From: a virus
Lineage: Duplodnaviria > Heunggongvirae > Uroviricota > Caudoviricetes
DNA: 6,653 bases
Virus record (IMG/VR): IMGVR_UViG_2541047174_000021
Reading direction: 5' to 3' (one strand)
In this document: in pieces, positions 1 through 6,085 of the stretch
Layout: the number at the start of each line of letters is the position of its first letter
Position numbering within the stretch: position 1 is the stretch's first letter
Notes under the pieces: generated by a model
Seen by the model: only the letters and a program-made list of their open reading frames with translations
Database searches by the model: none
What the model was told of the DNA's origin: nothing
Translations under genes and position numbers: made by a program

Positions 1-13
1 CGTTGGTTAGCTA

Positions 14-232
14 TTAACGTGGGTATGTAATCATTCTGGCAATGCTTAATGCCGCTGCTTTTTCCAGATTGGTGATATCCTGCTCCAGAGCGGACAGATT
101 TTCAGCCTGCTTAGCCCTGGCTTCATTGGCCCATTTCAGATCCTGCGCTGCCTTAATTTTCTGGTGCATCCACTCATAAAGTTCATCATCGGTATAGTCT
201 GGCGCGATGATGACGGGGTCTCGTTTCTGCAT
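14..232 (-). CDS. Small prophage early-left-operon protein, 72 aa, probably coiled-coil (YdfC-like by size and position)
   Basis: ATG at 232 is preceded on the minus strand by AAGGAG about 6 nt upstream (plus 238-243, ctcctt). Same strand as and downstream of the dicA-like gene, as ydfA-ydfB-ydfC follow dicA in K-12 Qin; K-12 YdfC is also 72 aa (recalled, not aligned). Charged, heptad-like sequence. Confidence 0.6.
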   Translation of the reverse strand: MQKRDPVIIAPDYTDDELYEWMHQKIKAAQDLKWANEARAKQAENLSALEQDITNLEKAAALSIARMITYPR

Positions 233-304
233 GTCGGCTCCTTGTGGTTAGCGTTGCCTGCTTTTTAACCACGTCAGGCGAGGTGGTATCCTCTGAGGGG
301 TCTG

Positions 305-604
305 TTACTCGAGAGGAAATTGGTTATGAATACAATCAAGTTTTCTTGCCCAGAATGTGGTGGCTAAGTCTTTGACACATCCTTTAAGCCGCAGGGCTCT
401 GACAGTTTCGCGGGAGCCATCTGCAAAAATTGTGGTCACCTTGTAACTGAAGATGAGTCCTCGCAGTTCGATGACGAAATCGTTGACAATATCTTCGGTG
501 CACTCACCAGAGACTTTCTGAAGTAAAGGCGCATACCGCTTAGTTACCGCTCTGATAACTCTTACCTGTCCGGCAATGGCGCTGATATCAATATAAAGCG
601 CCAT
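305..604 (-). CDS. Hypothetical protein, 99 aa, unknown function, in leftward early operon
   Basis: ORF-track frame. It stays open upstream to a stop at 743-745, but no in-frame ATG/GTG/TTG lies upstream of the ATG at 604. Weak Shine-Dalgarno. Co-oriented between the repressor and the 72-aa gene. No family recognised. Confidence 0.4.
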   Translation of the reverse strand: MALYIDISAIAGQVRVIRAVTKRYAPLLQKVSGECTEDIVNDFVIELRGLIFSYKVTTIFADGSRETVRALRLKGCVKDLATTFWARKLDCIHNQFPLE

Positions 605-739
605 CGCTGTTTCTTTGCTGATCCCTGGACGCCTTCCATTCTGATGTTTGACTCGCCCACTGAGAAATCCTCTGCTTCCCCTTAACGCCGGGTAGCGGAA
701 CTGTTTGCTGAGAACACCGTGCGGTGTCTTGATGAGTAG

Positions 740-800
740 AATTTAGAATAGCCTAAGAGTTATGGTCAAGCTTTTTGTGTAGAAAAACCTAAGCTTCTTG
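740..800 (-). promoter_or_regulatory. Putative promoter with operator-like CTTAGG motifs for the leftward early operon
   Basis: On the minus strand: TTGACC (plus 764-769), an 18-nt spacer, then TAAATT (plus 740-745). Two CTTAGG motifs (plus 752-757 and 788-793) match the motif repeated in the dicA/dicC intergenic region. The minus-strand 13-mer CTTAGGTTTTTCT nearly equals CTTAGGTTTCTCT at 1301-1313. Confidence 0.25.
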
Positions 801-804
801 ATGT

Positions 805-838
805 AAAAAACACAAGTATTTGAAAGTTTGTGCTTTTT
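805..838 (-). terminator. Weak candidate intrinsic terminator downstream of the dicA-like gene
   Basis: Inverted repeat CACAA (811-815) / TTGTG (828-832) with a 12-nt loop. The plus-strand A-run at 805-810 gives a U-tract for the minus-strand transcript. Short stem, so low confidence. Confidence 0.25.
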
Positions 839-867
839 ATTACAGAGAGTTGCGAAAAAAAGGGGGG

Positions 868-1275
868 TTATTTATTTGCGCTTCTTTTGCGAGCTTTGAG
901 TAGTTCTTCAAAAAGTTTGTTGAAATTCTCAACTCGAGCACGCATCTCTGACAACAGAGCCTTTTGCTCTGACTCAGGCAGTGCGTCGAACAGTTGAAGC
1001 AACTCTTTTTGATCTTCTGTCAGATTGACTGGCTGATTATCTGGGATCGGTTCGCCTGGTTGCTTATCTTCATCTCCAAAAAGAAGCCAAGTCGGCGAGC
1101 ACTGAAGCGCCTGGCTCAGTGCGAATAATCTCTTCCCCGCTGGCTGTGTTTCATCTCTTTCCCATTGAGAAATTGTTACGTGAGCCACTTTGACCAGCTT
1201 ACCTAATGCGGCCTGAGACAGTTTTAATTTTTTTCGCCTGTATAAGAGGCGAGCACCGAAGGTTTCGTTTTTCAT
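868..1275 (-). CDS. dicA: DicA-like XRE-family HTH repressor (cI/c2 analogue), 135 aa
   Basis: 135 aa, the same length as E. coli DicA. Helix-turn-helix region (LSQAALGKLVKVAHVTISQWE) plus blocks I recall from DicA (LQCSPTWLLFGDEDKQP; EMRARVENFNKLFEELLKARKR). Divergent from a DicC-like gene. Confidence 0.85.
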   Translation of the reverse strand: MKNETFGARLLYRRKKLKLSQAALGKLVKVAHVTISQWERDETQPAGKRLFALSQALQCSPTWLLFGDEDKQPGEPIPDNQPVNLTEDQKELLQLFDALPESEQKALLSEMRARVENFNKLFEELLKARKRSANK

Positions 1276-1351
1276 ATTAGGTAATTCTAATTTTTCTTGA
1301 CTTAGGTTTCTCTACGATCTAGTTTCCTTAGGAAAATCTAAGGGTTTCGAT
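1276..1351. promoter_or_regulatory. Divergent promoter/operator region between dicA-like and dicC-like genes
   Basis: TTAGG motifs at 1277-1281, 1302-1306, 1327-1331 and inverted CTAAGG at 1338-1343. Inverted repeats ATTAG-N6-CTAAT (1276-1291) and CCTTAG-N6-CTAAGG (1326-1343). For dicC: -35 TTGACT (1297-1302), -10-like TAGTTT (1320-1325), SD AGGG about 7 nt before ATG 1352. For dicA: minus-strand TAGAAT (plus 1283-1288) only 8 nt before the ATG and no SD, suggesting a leaderless mRNA like lambda cI from PRM. Confidence 0.5.
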
Positions 1352-1579
1352 ATGTTGAAAATTGATGCTATAGCGTTTTTTGGCAGCAAAACAAAGCTTG
1401 CCAATGTCGCAGGAGTTAGGCTGGCAAGCGTTGCTGCATGGGGGGAACTGGTTCCTGAAGGTCGCGCGATGCGCCTGCAAGAGGCATCCGGCGGGGAACT
1501 TCAGTACGACCCCAAAGTTTATGACGAATATCGTAAGGCAAAGCGGGCGGGGCGGTTGAACAATGAAAATCACCACTGA
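1352..1579 (+). CDS. dicC: DicC-like Cro-type regulator, 75 aa
   Basis: Size, divergent arrangement with the repressor, and recalled similarity to E. coli DicC (GSKTKLA, VPEGRAMRLQEASGGELQYDPKVYDEYRK). Confidence 0.85.
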   Translation: MLKIDAIAFFGSKTKLANVAGVRLASVAAWGELVPEGRAMRLQEASGGELQYDPKVYDEYRKAKRAGRLNNENHH

Positions 1580-2114
1580 ACAGGTTTGTGAGGCTCTGGA
1601 TACCTGGGTATGCCGACCAGGAATGACACAGGAGCAGGCGACGATATTAATCACGGAAGCATTCTGGGCTCTGAAAGAACGCCCGAACATCGATGTTCAA
1701 CGCGTCACGTTTAATGATGGCGAGGTTGATCAACGGGCGCTGGGCGTTAACCGGGTGAAGATATTCGAACGCTGGAAAGCTATCGACACCAGAGATAAGC
1801 GTGACAAATTCACGGCGCTGATTCCGGCAATTATGGAGGCTATCCGGATCAGCGATTTCAGATTGTATTGTGAAATTACTGACGGAAAAAGCATTACGTA
1901 CATGATCGCCGGGTTAAACAAAGAATATGGCGATGTGGTGGAGTCCGGGCTGCTTTTTGCGGATCCAGTTGTTGTGGAACGTGAGACTGACGAGCTTATA
2001 GAAAAAGCTATTGCTTTCAAGCACGCGTATCGTCAGCAATACCAATATTACTTTGCAGATAAACAAATGTCTGCCAGGGGGGCGTATGAGTATCGATGCA
2101 CTACGATGGGCTAA
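1563..2114 (+). CDS. Prophage early protein at the cII position, 183 aa (possibly YdaT-family regulator)
   Basis: Immediately follows the Cro-like gene; its ATG overlaps the dicC 3' end by 17 nt and its 3' end overlaps the next gene's start. The YdaT-family assignment is a weak recollection (IPAI-containing segment), not verified. Confidence 0.55.
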   Translation: MKITTEQVCEALDTWVCRPGMTQEQATILITEAFWALKERPNIDVQRVTFNDGEVDQRALGVNRVKIFERWKAIDTRDKRDKFTALIPAIMEAIRISDFRLYCEITDGKSITYMIAGLNKEYGDVVESGLLFADPVVVERETDELIEKAIAFKHAYRQQYQYYFADKQMSARGAYEYRCTTMG

Positions 2115-3126
2115 AAAGGTGAAAACCGGCAGTTCATCCAGTAAGTCAGTATTGACCTGGCTTGCTGATATGTGCGGTGCCGATTTGTGTGCATACCCGT
2201 CTGTATCTGCACTGGCAGAAGTAACGGAACTGAACAAAAAGACTGTGCAGGACAGCTTACGACACCTGATGGAGATTGGGTTAATTGTTGATACCGGTGA
2301 GAGAAAAGGCAGAACAAAGCAAATTGTGGTGTACCGACTTATCGGTGTAGAAGAAAGTGTTGCCGAGCCTGAATACACCCAAAAACGGGAGTCTTTAAAG
2401 GTGGGTAAAATTGGTGCTGTTAATAAAAACAGTACCGAAAATGGTTATGTTTCAGCACAAAACAGACCCAAAAACAGAACTCTTAGCTGCATGGAAAATA
2501 ACCAAAGACACCCAAATTTTCCATCAAAGACACCCAAAAACGGATCACGGAACCCAAAGGAACCCAAAGATCTAAACCCCACACATAACGCACGCGAGAG
2601 TGCTCCGACCAGTGAGCAGGAAGTTTTGTCGTTACAGGCAGCCCCCCCTGTATTCCTGTATGGCCTGAGCGAACCCATCGGAAAATTCCCGATGAGCGAT
2701 AGCTGGTATCCGTCACGGGATTTTCGACGACGGGCTGCGTTGTGGGGGATGGCTTTGCCGGAGACAGAATTTACACCTGCTGAACTTGCCGCCTTCCGGG
2801 ACTACTGGGCAGCGGAGGGGAAAGTGTTTACGCAGATTCAGTGGGAGCAGAAATTCGCCCGTCACGTAAATCACGTCAGGGCGCAGGTTAAACCAGTCAG
2901 CAAAGGGGTAAACCATGCAGCAGCACCAGGTGGCACCGCATCACGGGCAGTTCAGGAAATTCGGGCAGCACGTGAGCAGTGGGAACGTGAAAACGGATTT
3001 ATCAGCGACGGAAACGGCCTGGAAGCTGTGGGAACTCATGGGGGTGGTTTATTCGAACCGCTGGATCCAGAAGAACGGGGCCGCACCTTCGAAGCTCTGG
3101 ATTGCACAGATTGGCGCGATGACTGA
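2086..3126 (+). CDS. Phage replication initiator / replisome organiser (lambda O-like role): N-terminal HTH, iteron-encoded linker, C-terminal DnaT-like domain
   Basis: The track ORF 2011-3126 starts at a TTG; I prefer ATG 2086 (MSIDALRWAKK), which has a G-rich SD (2074-2081). C-terminal segment GKFPMSDSWYPSRDFRRRAALWGMALPETEFTPAELAAFRDYWAAEGKVFTQIQWEQKFARH resembles the E. coli DnaT C-terminal domain (recalled). Low-complexity Pro/Lys/Asn linker is encoded by the repeat array. Confidence 0.8.
   Translation: MSIDALRWAKKVKTGSSSSKSVLTWLADMCGADLCAYPSVSALAEVTELNKKTVQDSLRHLMEIGLIVDTGERKGRTKQIVVYRLIGVEESVAEPEYTQKRESLKVGKIGAVNKNSTENGYVSAQNRPKNRTLSCMENNQRHPNFPSKTPKNGSRNPKEPKDLNPTHNARESAPTSEQEVLSLQAAPPVFLYGLSEPIGKFPMSDSWYPSRDFRRRAALWGMALPETEFTPAELAAFRDYWAAEGKVFTQIQWEQKFARHVNHVRAQVKPVSKGVNHAAAPGGTASRAVQEIRAAREQWERENGFISDGNGLEAVGTHGGGLFEPLDPEERGRTFEALDCTDWRDD
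2375..2570. repeat. Iteron-like direct repeats (candidate phage origin of replication) inside the initiator gene
   Basis: Exact 14-mer CAAAGACACCCAAA at 2503-2516 and 2525-2538 (22-bp spacing). Related copies ACACCCAAAAACGG 2375-2388, AGACCCAAAAACAG 2464-2477, AACCCAAAGG 2551-2560, AACCCAAAGA 2561-2570. An AT-rich stretch lies within the array at about 2401-2462. Confidence 0.45.
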
Positions 3127-3580
3127 GCAGCAAATCCGGCAGGTCTGCCGCCAGTGCATGGACCGCTGCCGGGCGGGTGAAACATGGCCTCCGGACCTGG
3201 CTGAGTTTGTGGCACTGATTTCGAAAAGCGGAGCCAATCCATTCGGTCTGACGGTGGATGCTGTGATGGAGGAGTACCGCCGCTGGCGCAATGAGTCCTG
3301 GCGATACGACGGAAGTGATAAGTACCCGTGGTCTCAGCCTGTGCTGTATCACATTTGCCTCGAGATGCGTTCAAAGGGGATTGAGCGCCAGATGACCGAA
3401 GGGGAATTAAAACGGCTTGCAGAACGGCAACTGACGAAATGGGCAAAGCATGTTAGTAACGGCCTGAGCGTTCCGCCAGTCCGGCGACAACTGGCGGCCC
3501 CCAAACGCCCGTCGGGGCCAACGCCAATTGAGTTGCTGAAACAGGAATATGAACGCCGGAAAGCGGCTGGTTTTGTTTGA
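2915..3580 (+). CDS. Lambda P-like replication protein (helicase loader), 221 aa from ATG 2915
   Basis: C-terminal half resembles lambda P (recalled), e.g. YPWSQPVLYHICLEMRSKG...LTEGELKRLAERQLTKWAKHV versus lambda YPWKSNAHYWLVTNLYQNMR...LTDAELRRKAADELVHMTARI. Best SD (AGGGG 2901-2905) precedes ATG 2915; alternative starts are ATG 3038 and ATG 3119. Start uncertain. Confidence 0.75.
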   Translation: MQQHQVAPHHGQFRKFGQHVSSGNVKTDLSATETAWKLWELMGVVYSNRWIQKNGAAPSKLWIAQIGAMTEQQIRQVCRQCMDRCRAGETWPPDLAEFVALISKSGANPFGLTVDAVMEEYRRWRNESWRYDGSDKYPWSQPVLYHICLEMRSKGIERQMTEGELKRLAERQLTKWAKHVSNGLSVPPVRRQLAAPKRPSGPTPIELLKQEYERRKAAGFV

Positions 3581-3613
3581 GTTGAGAAGTGATTTTTTAC
3601 CGGGAGGAAATTT

Positions 3614-4348
3614 ATGGAGACTGTTTTTGACGCACTGAAAGCGATGGGAAAAGCCACGTCGGTATAGCTGGCTGCGCGACTTGATATCAGTCGTGAAGAA
3701 GTACTGAACGAGCTGTGGGAACTGAAAAAGGCTGGCTTCGTTGATAAAAGCGTATACACCTGGCGTGTGGCTGATAACAACGTTCAGCAGGAACAGCCAG
3801 CGCCAGAAGAAACCACCACGGCAACAGAAGCGAAAATCTCAGAGTGCGATTTAACCGCGACGATTGAACAACGCGGACCACAAACGGCGGATGAACTGGC
3901 TACGCTGTTCGGTACAACATCCCGCAAAGTTGCTTCAACGCTGGCAATGGCAATCAGCAAAGGTCGTCTGATTCGCGTAAACCAGAACGGTAAAATTCGT
4001 TACTGCATACCAGGTGATAATTTACCAGCAGAGCCGAAAGTTGAATCGGTAGCGGAAACCGATGGTAAAGCCTTTCCTCAGCCAGCCGGTGTTGCGTTAC
4101 CGGTACAGAAAGATGCAACACAGGAAGATATTAAAACAGAAACTGTGGCGGACATTGTGCAGTCGCTGCCATCGTTTACTGCAACGCGAGAAGATGATTT
4201 GATTTTGCCATCGCTGCATATGGCAAATCGCGAACTGCGTAGGGCGAAGAATCATGTCCAGAAGTGGGAGCGAGTCTGCGCCGCGCTGCGGGAGCTGAAC
4301 AAGCACCGGGATATGGTTGCCGGGATTTGTCGGAAGTCCGGGCAATGA
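3614..4348 (+). pseudogene. Tandem winged-helix (HTH) phage protein, 244 codons, interrupted by an in-frame amber codon at 3665-3667 (Ren position after P)
   Basis: Strong SD GGAGG (3603-3607) before ATG 3614. Frame reads [48 protein letters not shown] and runs without further stops to TGA 4346-4348. The TAG sits where HTH motifs usually have Gln/Glu. The track ORF 3767-4348 is the same frame restarting at a GTG. A second HTH-like segment is [33 protein letters not shown]. Confidence 0.6.
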
Positions 4349-4509
4349 GCGGATGGTGCAGGCCTGAAATCATGATACTAACAATGAAGGTAAAATGCAT
4401 CGGCAGTCTGATTGGTCGTAGTGAGGCGGCGGTCAGGATGAAAGCCCAGGTTAAGGGAATAAGCCTGATTCTGCGGGGTGATTTTCACCAGTCAACAAAA
4501 TATCCGTAG
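4345..4509 (+). CDS. Short ORF (54 aa) translationally coupled to the preceding gene; possibly the disrupted 5' part of the following remnant
   Basis: Its ATG (4345-4347) overlaps the upstream TGA (4346-4348) in an ATGA arrangement. No recognisable family; product [24 protein letters not shown]... Confidence 0.25.
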   Translation: MSGWCRPEIMILTMKVKCIGSLIGRSEAAVRMKAQVKGISLILRGDFHQSTKYP

Positions 4510-4956
4510 CGCGATAACGGTCAAAAATTATGGCGCTGACACTTTTGTGCCACTGGAGATGACTGTACCTAAGTTCAGGGGAGAAGAACACGTCCGGTGG
4601 GATGGTCGGGCCAGATTTAAAGGGCAGGTCATGGCTCCAGCCTGTACGCTGGCAATGGAGGCTGCCTGGCGGGAAATTGATATGGGAACCACGCCACTCA
4701 GGGATTTACTGCCGGTCCAGAGAATAAATTCCTGTTACGGTTACACCACTGTGATCTTGCAAGTGCAGGAAAGTAGGTCTACACGGTAACGCGAGTGCGT
4801 GTAACTTTTGATGTCATTCCCGTAGAAACACCGGACAAATTTTCGCTGACAGGTCATGCAGAAGGTATAAATCTGCAGATTATGGACAATTACGGATATC
4901 CGGCAAGAGCCGGAAAAAGCATGCCGCCTCTAATTCTCAGTGGAAGATGGACTTGA
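4478..4956 (+). pseudogene. Fimbrial (chaperone-usher pilin) subunit-like remnant, frameshifted and 3'-truncated
   Basis: Frame 2 (4478-4789) has GRARFKGQVMAPACTLAMEAAWREIDMGTTPLRDL, matching the pilin N-terminal pattern F-x-G-x-V-x3-C...L-G-x-V (compare FimA GTVHFKGEVVNAACAV...VQLGQV, recalled), with a second Cys about 30 residues on. Frame 1 (4777-4956) continues with VTFDVIPVETPDKFSLTGHAEGINLQIMDNYG, like FimA GVQILDRTG. No in-frame signal peptide, at least one frameshift near 4775-4790, and it ends at the AT-rich boundary. Confidence 0.35.
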
Positions 4957-5015
4957 TTATACTCATTGCATTGTCAGAAATAGTTATCCATTAAAGGCTG
5001 GCTATTCCAAACAGG

Positions 5016-5043
5016 ATGTTGATTACAAAAATGTAATCAACAT
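5016..5043. promoter_or_regulatory. Perfect inverted repeat (12-bp arms, 4-bp spacer) upstream of the binding-protein gene; candidate operator
   Basis: ATGTTGATTACA (5016-5027), AAAA, TGTAATCAACAT (5032-5043), arms exactly reverse-complementary. Sits in the AT-rich region about 165 bp before ATG 5208. A perfect TATAAT is at 5070-5075. Confidence 0.3.
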
Positions 5044-5207
5044 GTAAGGTTTATACTCTTCAATATGCGTATAATTTTCCTTATTTTGTTGACTTTAAAT
5101 AACAAGCTATGCACGAGGTAAAGTCGGATAAGTTTATCTGGATGTAATATATATTATTTGTAGTGTTTATAACTTTATTTCATGATAACCAATAAAAGGA
5201 GTTTTTT

Positions 5208-5966
5208 ATGAGGAACATAATGGCAGGTTTTTTAATATTCCTGTCTTCTGCTGCTTATGCTGATATCAATCTGTATGGTCCTGGTGGCCCGCATACAGCC
5301 TTGCTTGATGCAGCCAAACTTTATGCCGAAAAAACAGGTATTATAGTGAACGTTCATTACGGCCCACAGAACAAATGGAATGAAGATGCCAAAAAAAATG
5401 CAGATATCTTGTTTGGCGCATCAGAACAATCTGCTCTGGCTATCATTCGGGACCATAAAGACAGCTTCAGTGAAAAAGATATTCAGCCTCTTTATCTGCG
5501 AAAAAGTATTTTACTGGTAAAGAAAGGTAATCCTAAAAATATCCGGAGTATTGACGACCTGACCAGACCTGGGATTGGCGTAATTGTTAATGATGGTGGT
5601 GGTACCAGTAATACATCAGGCACTGGCGTCTGGGAAGATATTGCCGGACGTAAAGGGAATATAGAAACTGTCGCCGCAATCCGAAAAAATATTATTTTAT
5701 ATGCGCCCAATAGCGGAACTGCACGTAAGGCTCTTGAGAATCAGCCTGGAGCAGATGTCTGGATAACCTGGGCTGACTGGGCAGCCAGTAATCCAGAAAT
5801 TGGTGATGTCGTGGAAATAGCGCCAGACTACGTGATATGGCGTGATATGAACATTACAGTACGTCAGGATGCAAATGATGAAACCCGTCGATTTGCAGAA
5901 TGGCTACAAACCGATGAAGCGGCGCCTGCATTCAAAAAATATGGCTGGACCAGGAAAGGCACTTGA
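5208..5966 (+). CDS. Secreted periplasmic substrate-binding protein, ModA-like (molybdate/tungstate-type fold), 252 aa, orphan
   Basis: SD AAGGAG (5195-5200) 7 nt before the ATG. Signal peptide MRNIMAGFLIFLSSAAYA, then DINLYG. Architecture parallels E. coli ModA (recalled): ADILFGASEQ versus ADLFISADQ, C-terminus AAPAFKKYGWT versus AAEIFKRYGFT. AT-rich codon usage unlike the phage module. No permease or ATPase gene nearby. Confidence 0.75.
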   Translation: MRNIMAGFLIFLSSAAYADINLYGPGGPHTALLDAAKLYAEKTGIIVNVHYGPQNKWNEDAKKNADILFGASEQSALAIIRDHKDSFSEKDIQPLYLRKSILLVKKGNPKNIRSIDDLTRPGIGVIVNDGGGTSNTSGTGVWEDIAGRKGNIETVAAIRKNIILYAPNSGTARKALENQPGADVWITWADWAASNPEIGDVVEIAPDYVIWRDMNITVRQDANDETRRFAEWLQTDEAAPAFKKYGWTRKGT

Positions 5967-5970
5967 CATC

Positions 5971-5998
5971 CTCGTCCTTCAGGACGTGGATTCTTTTT
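5971..5998 (+). terminator. Candidate intrinsic terminator after the binding-protein gene
   Basis: Imperfect hairpin CTCGTCC-TTCA-GGACGTG (5971-5988) followed by a T-rich tract, TTCTTTTT (5991-5998). Confidence 0.3.
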
Positions 5999-6085
5999 CC
6001 GGATGCCGCGCCAGCGGCATGTAGGGGCAGCTCACAAAACGGAAAAAATTGTACGCTAAGCCTCGCCAGGTGAACTGAATTCATT

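Noticed and set aside
1-13. dicF sRNA and dicB, expected downstream in K-12 Qin
   Set aside because: If present they would lie left of the 72-aa gene, outside the window; nothing in the window supports them.
1328-1690. 120-aa minus-strand ORF
   Set aside because: Antisense to the dicC-like gene and the start of the next gene; no SD; low-complexity product; better explained as a shadow frame.
1730-2378. Minus-strand ORFs of 96, 154 and 68 aa
   Set aside because: All lie antisense within the cII-position and initiator genes, whose plus-strand products have recognisable domains.
2375-2570. Possible CRISPR array
   Set aside because: Repeats are short (about 9-14 bp), unevenly spaced, lie inside a coding region, and have no uniform spacers or nearby cas genes; iterons fit better.
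2445-2916. Minus-strand ORFs of 77, 77 and 67 aa
   Set aside because: Antisense to the initiator gene and repeat array; repetitive low-complexity translations; no start signals.
3002-3446. Three overlapping minus-strand ORFs (116, 136, 80 aa)
   Set aside because: Antisense to the P-like gene, which has homology support; Arg/Pro/Ser-rich translations typical of GC-rich shadow frames.
4264-4344. Upstream extension of the 81-aa plus-strand ORF (track start 4264)
   Set aside because: The extension overlaps the 3' end of the preceding gene out of frame; the ATG at 4345 overlapping the stop (ATGA) is a more plausible start.
3349-4400. Minus-strand ORFs 3349-3780, 3687-3881, 4097-4345, 4176-4400
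   Set aside because: Antisense to the P-like and winged-helix genes; no SD; no recognisable families.
5492-5710. 72-aa minus-strand ORF
   Set aside because: Antisense within the binding-protein gene; an AT-rich shadow frame.
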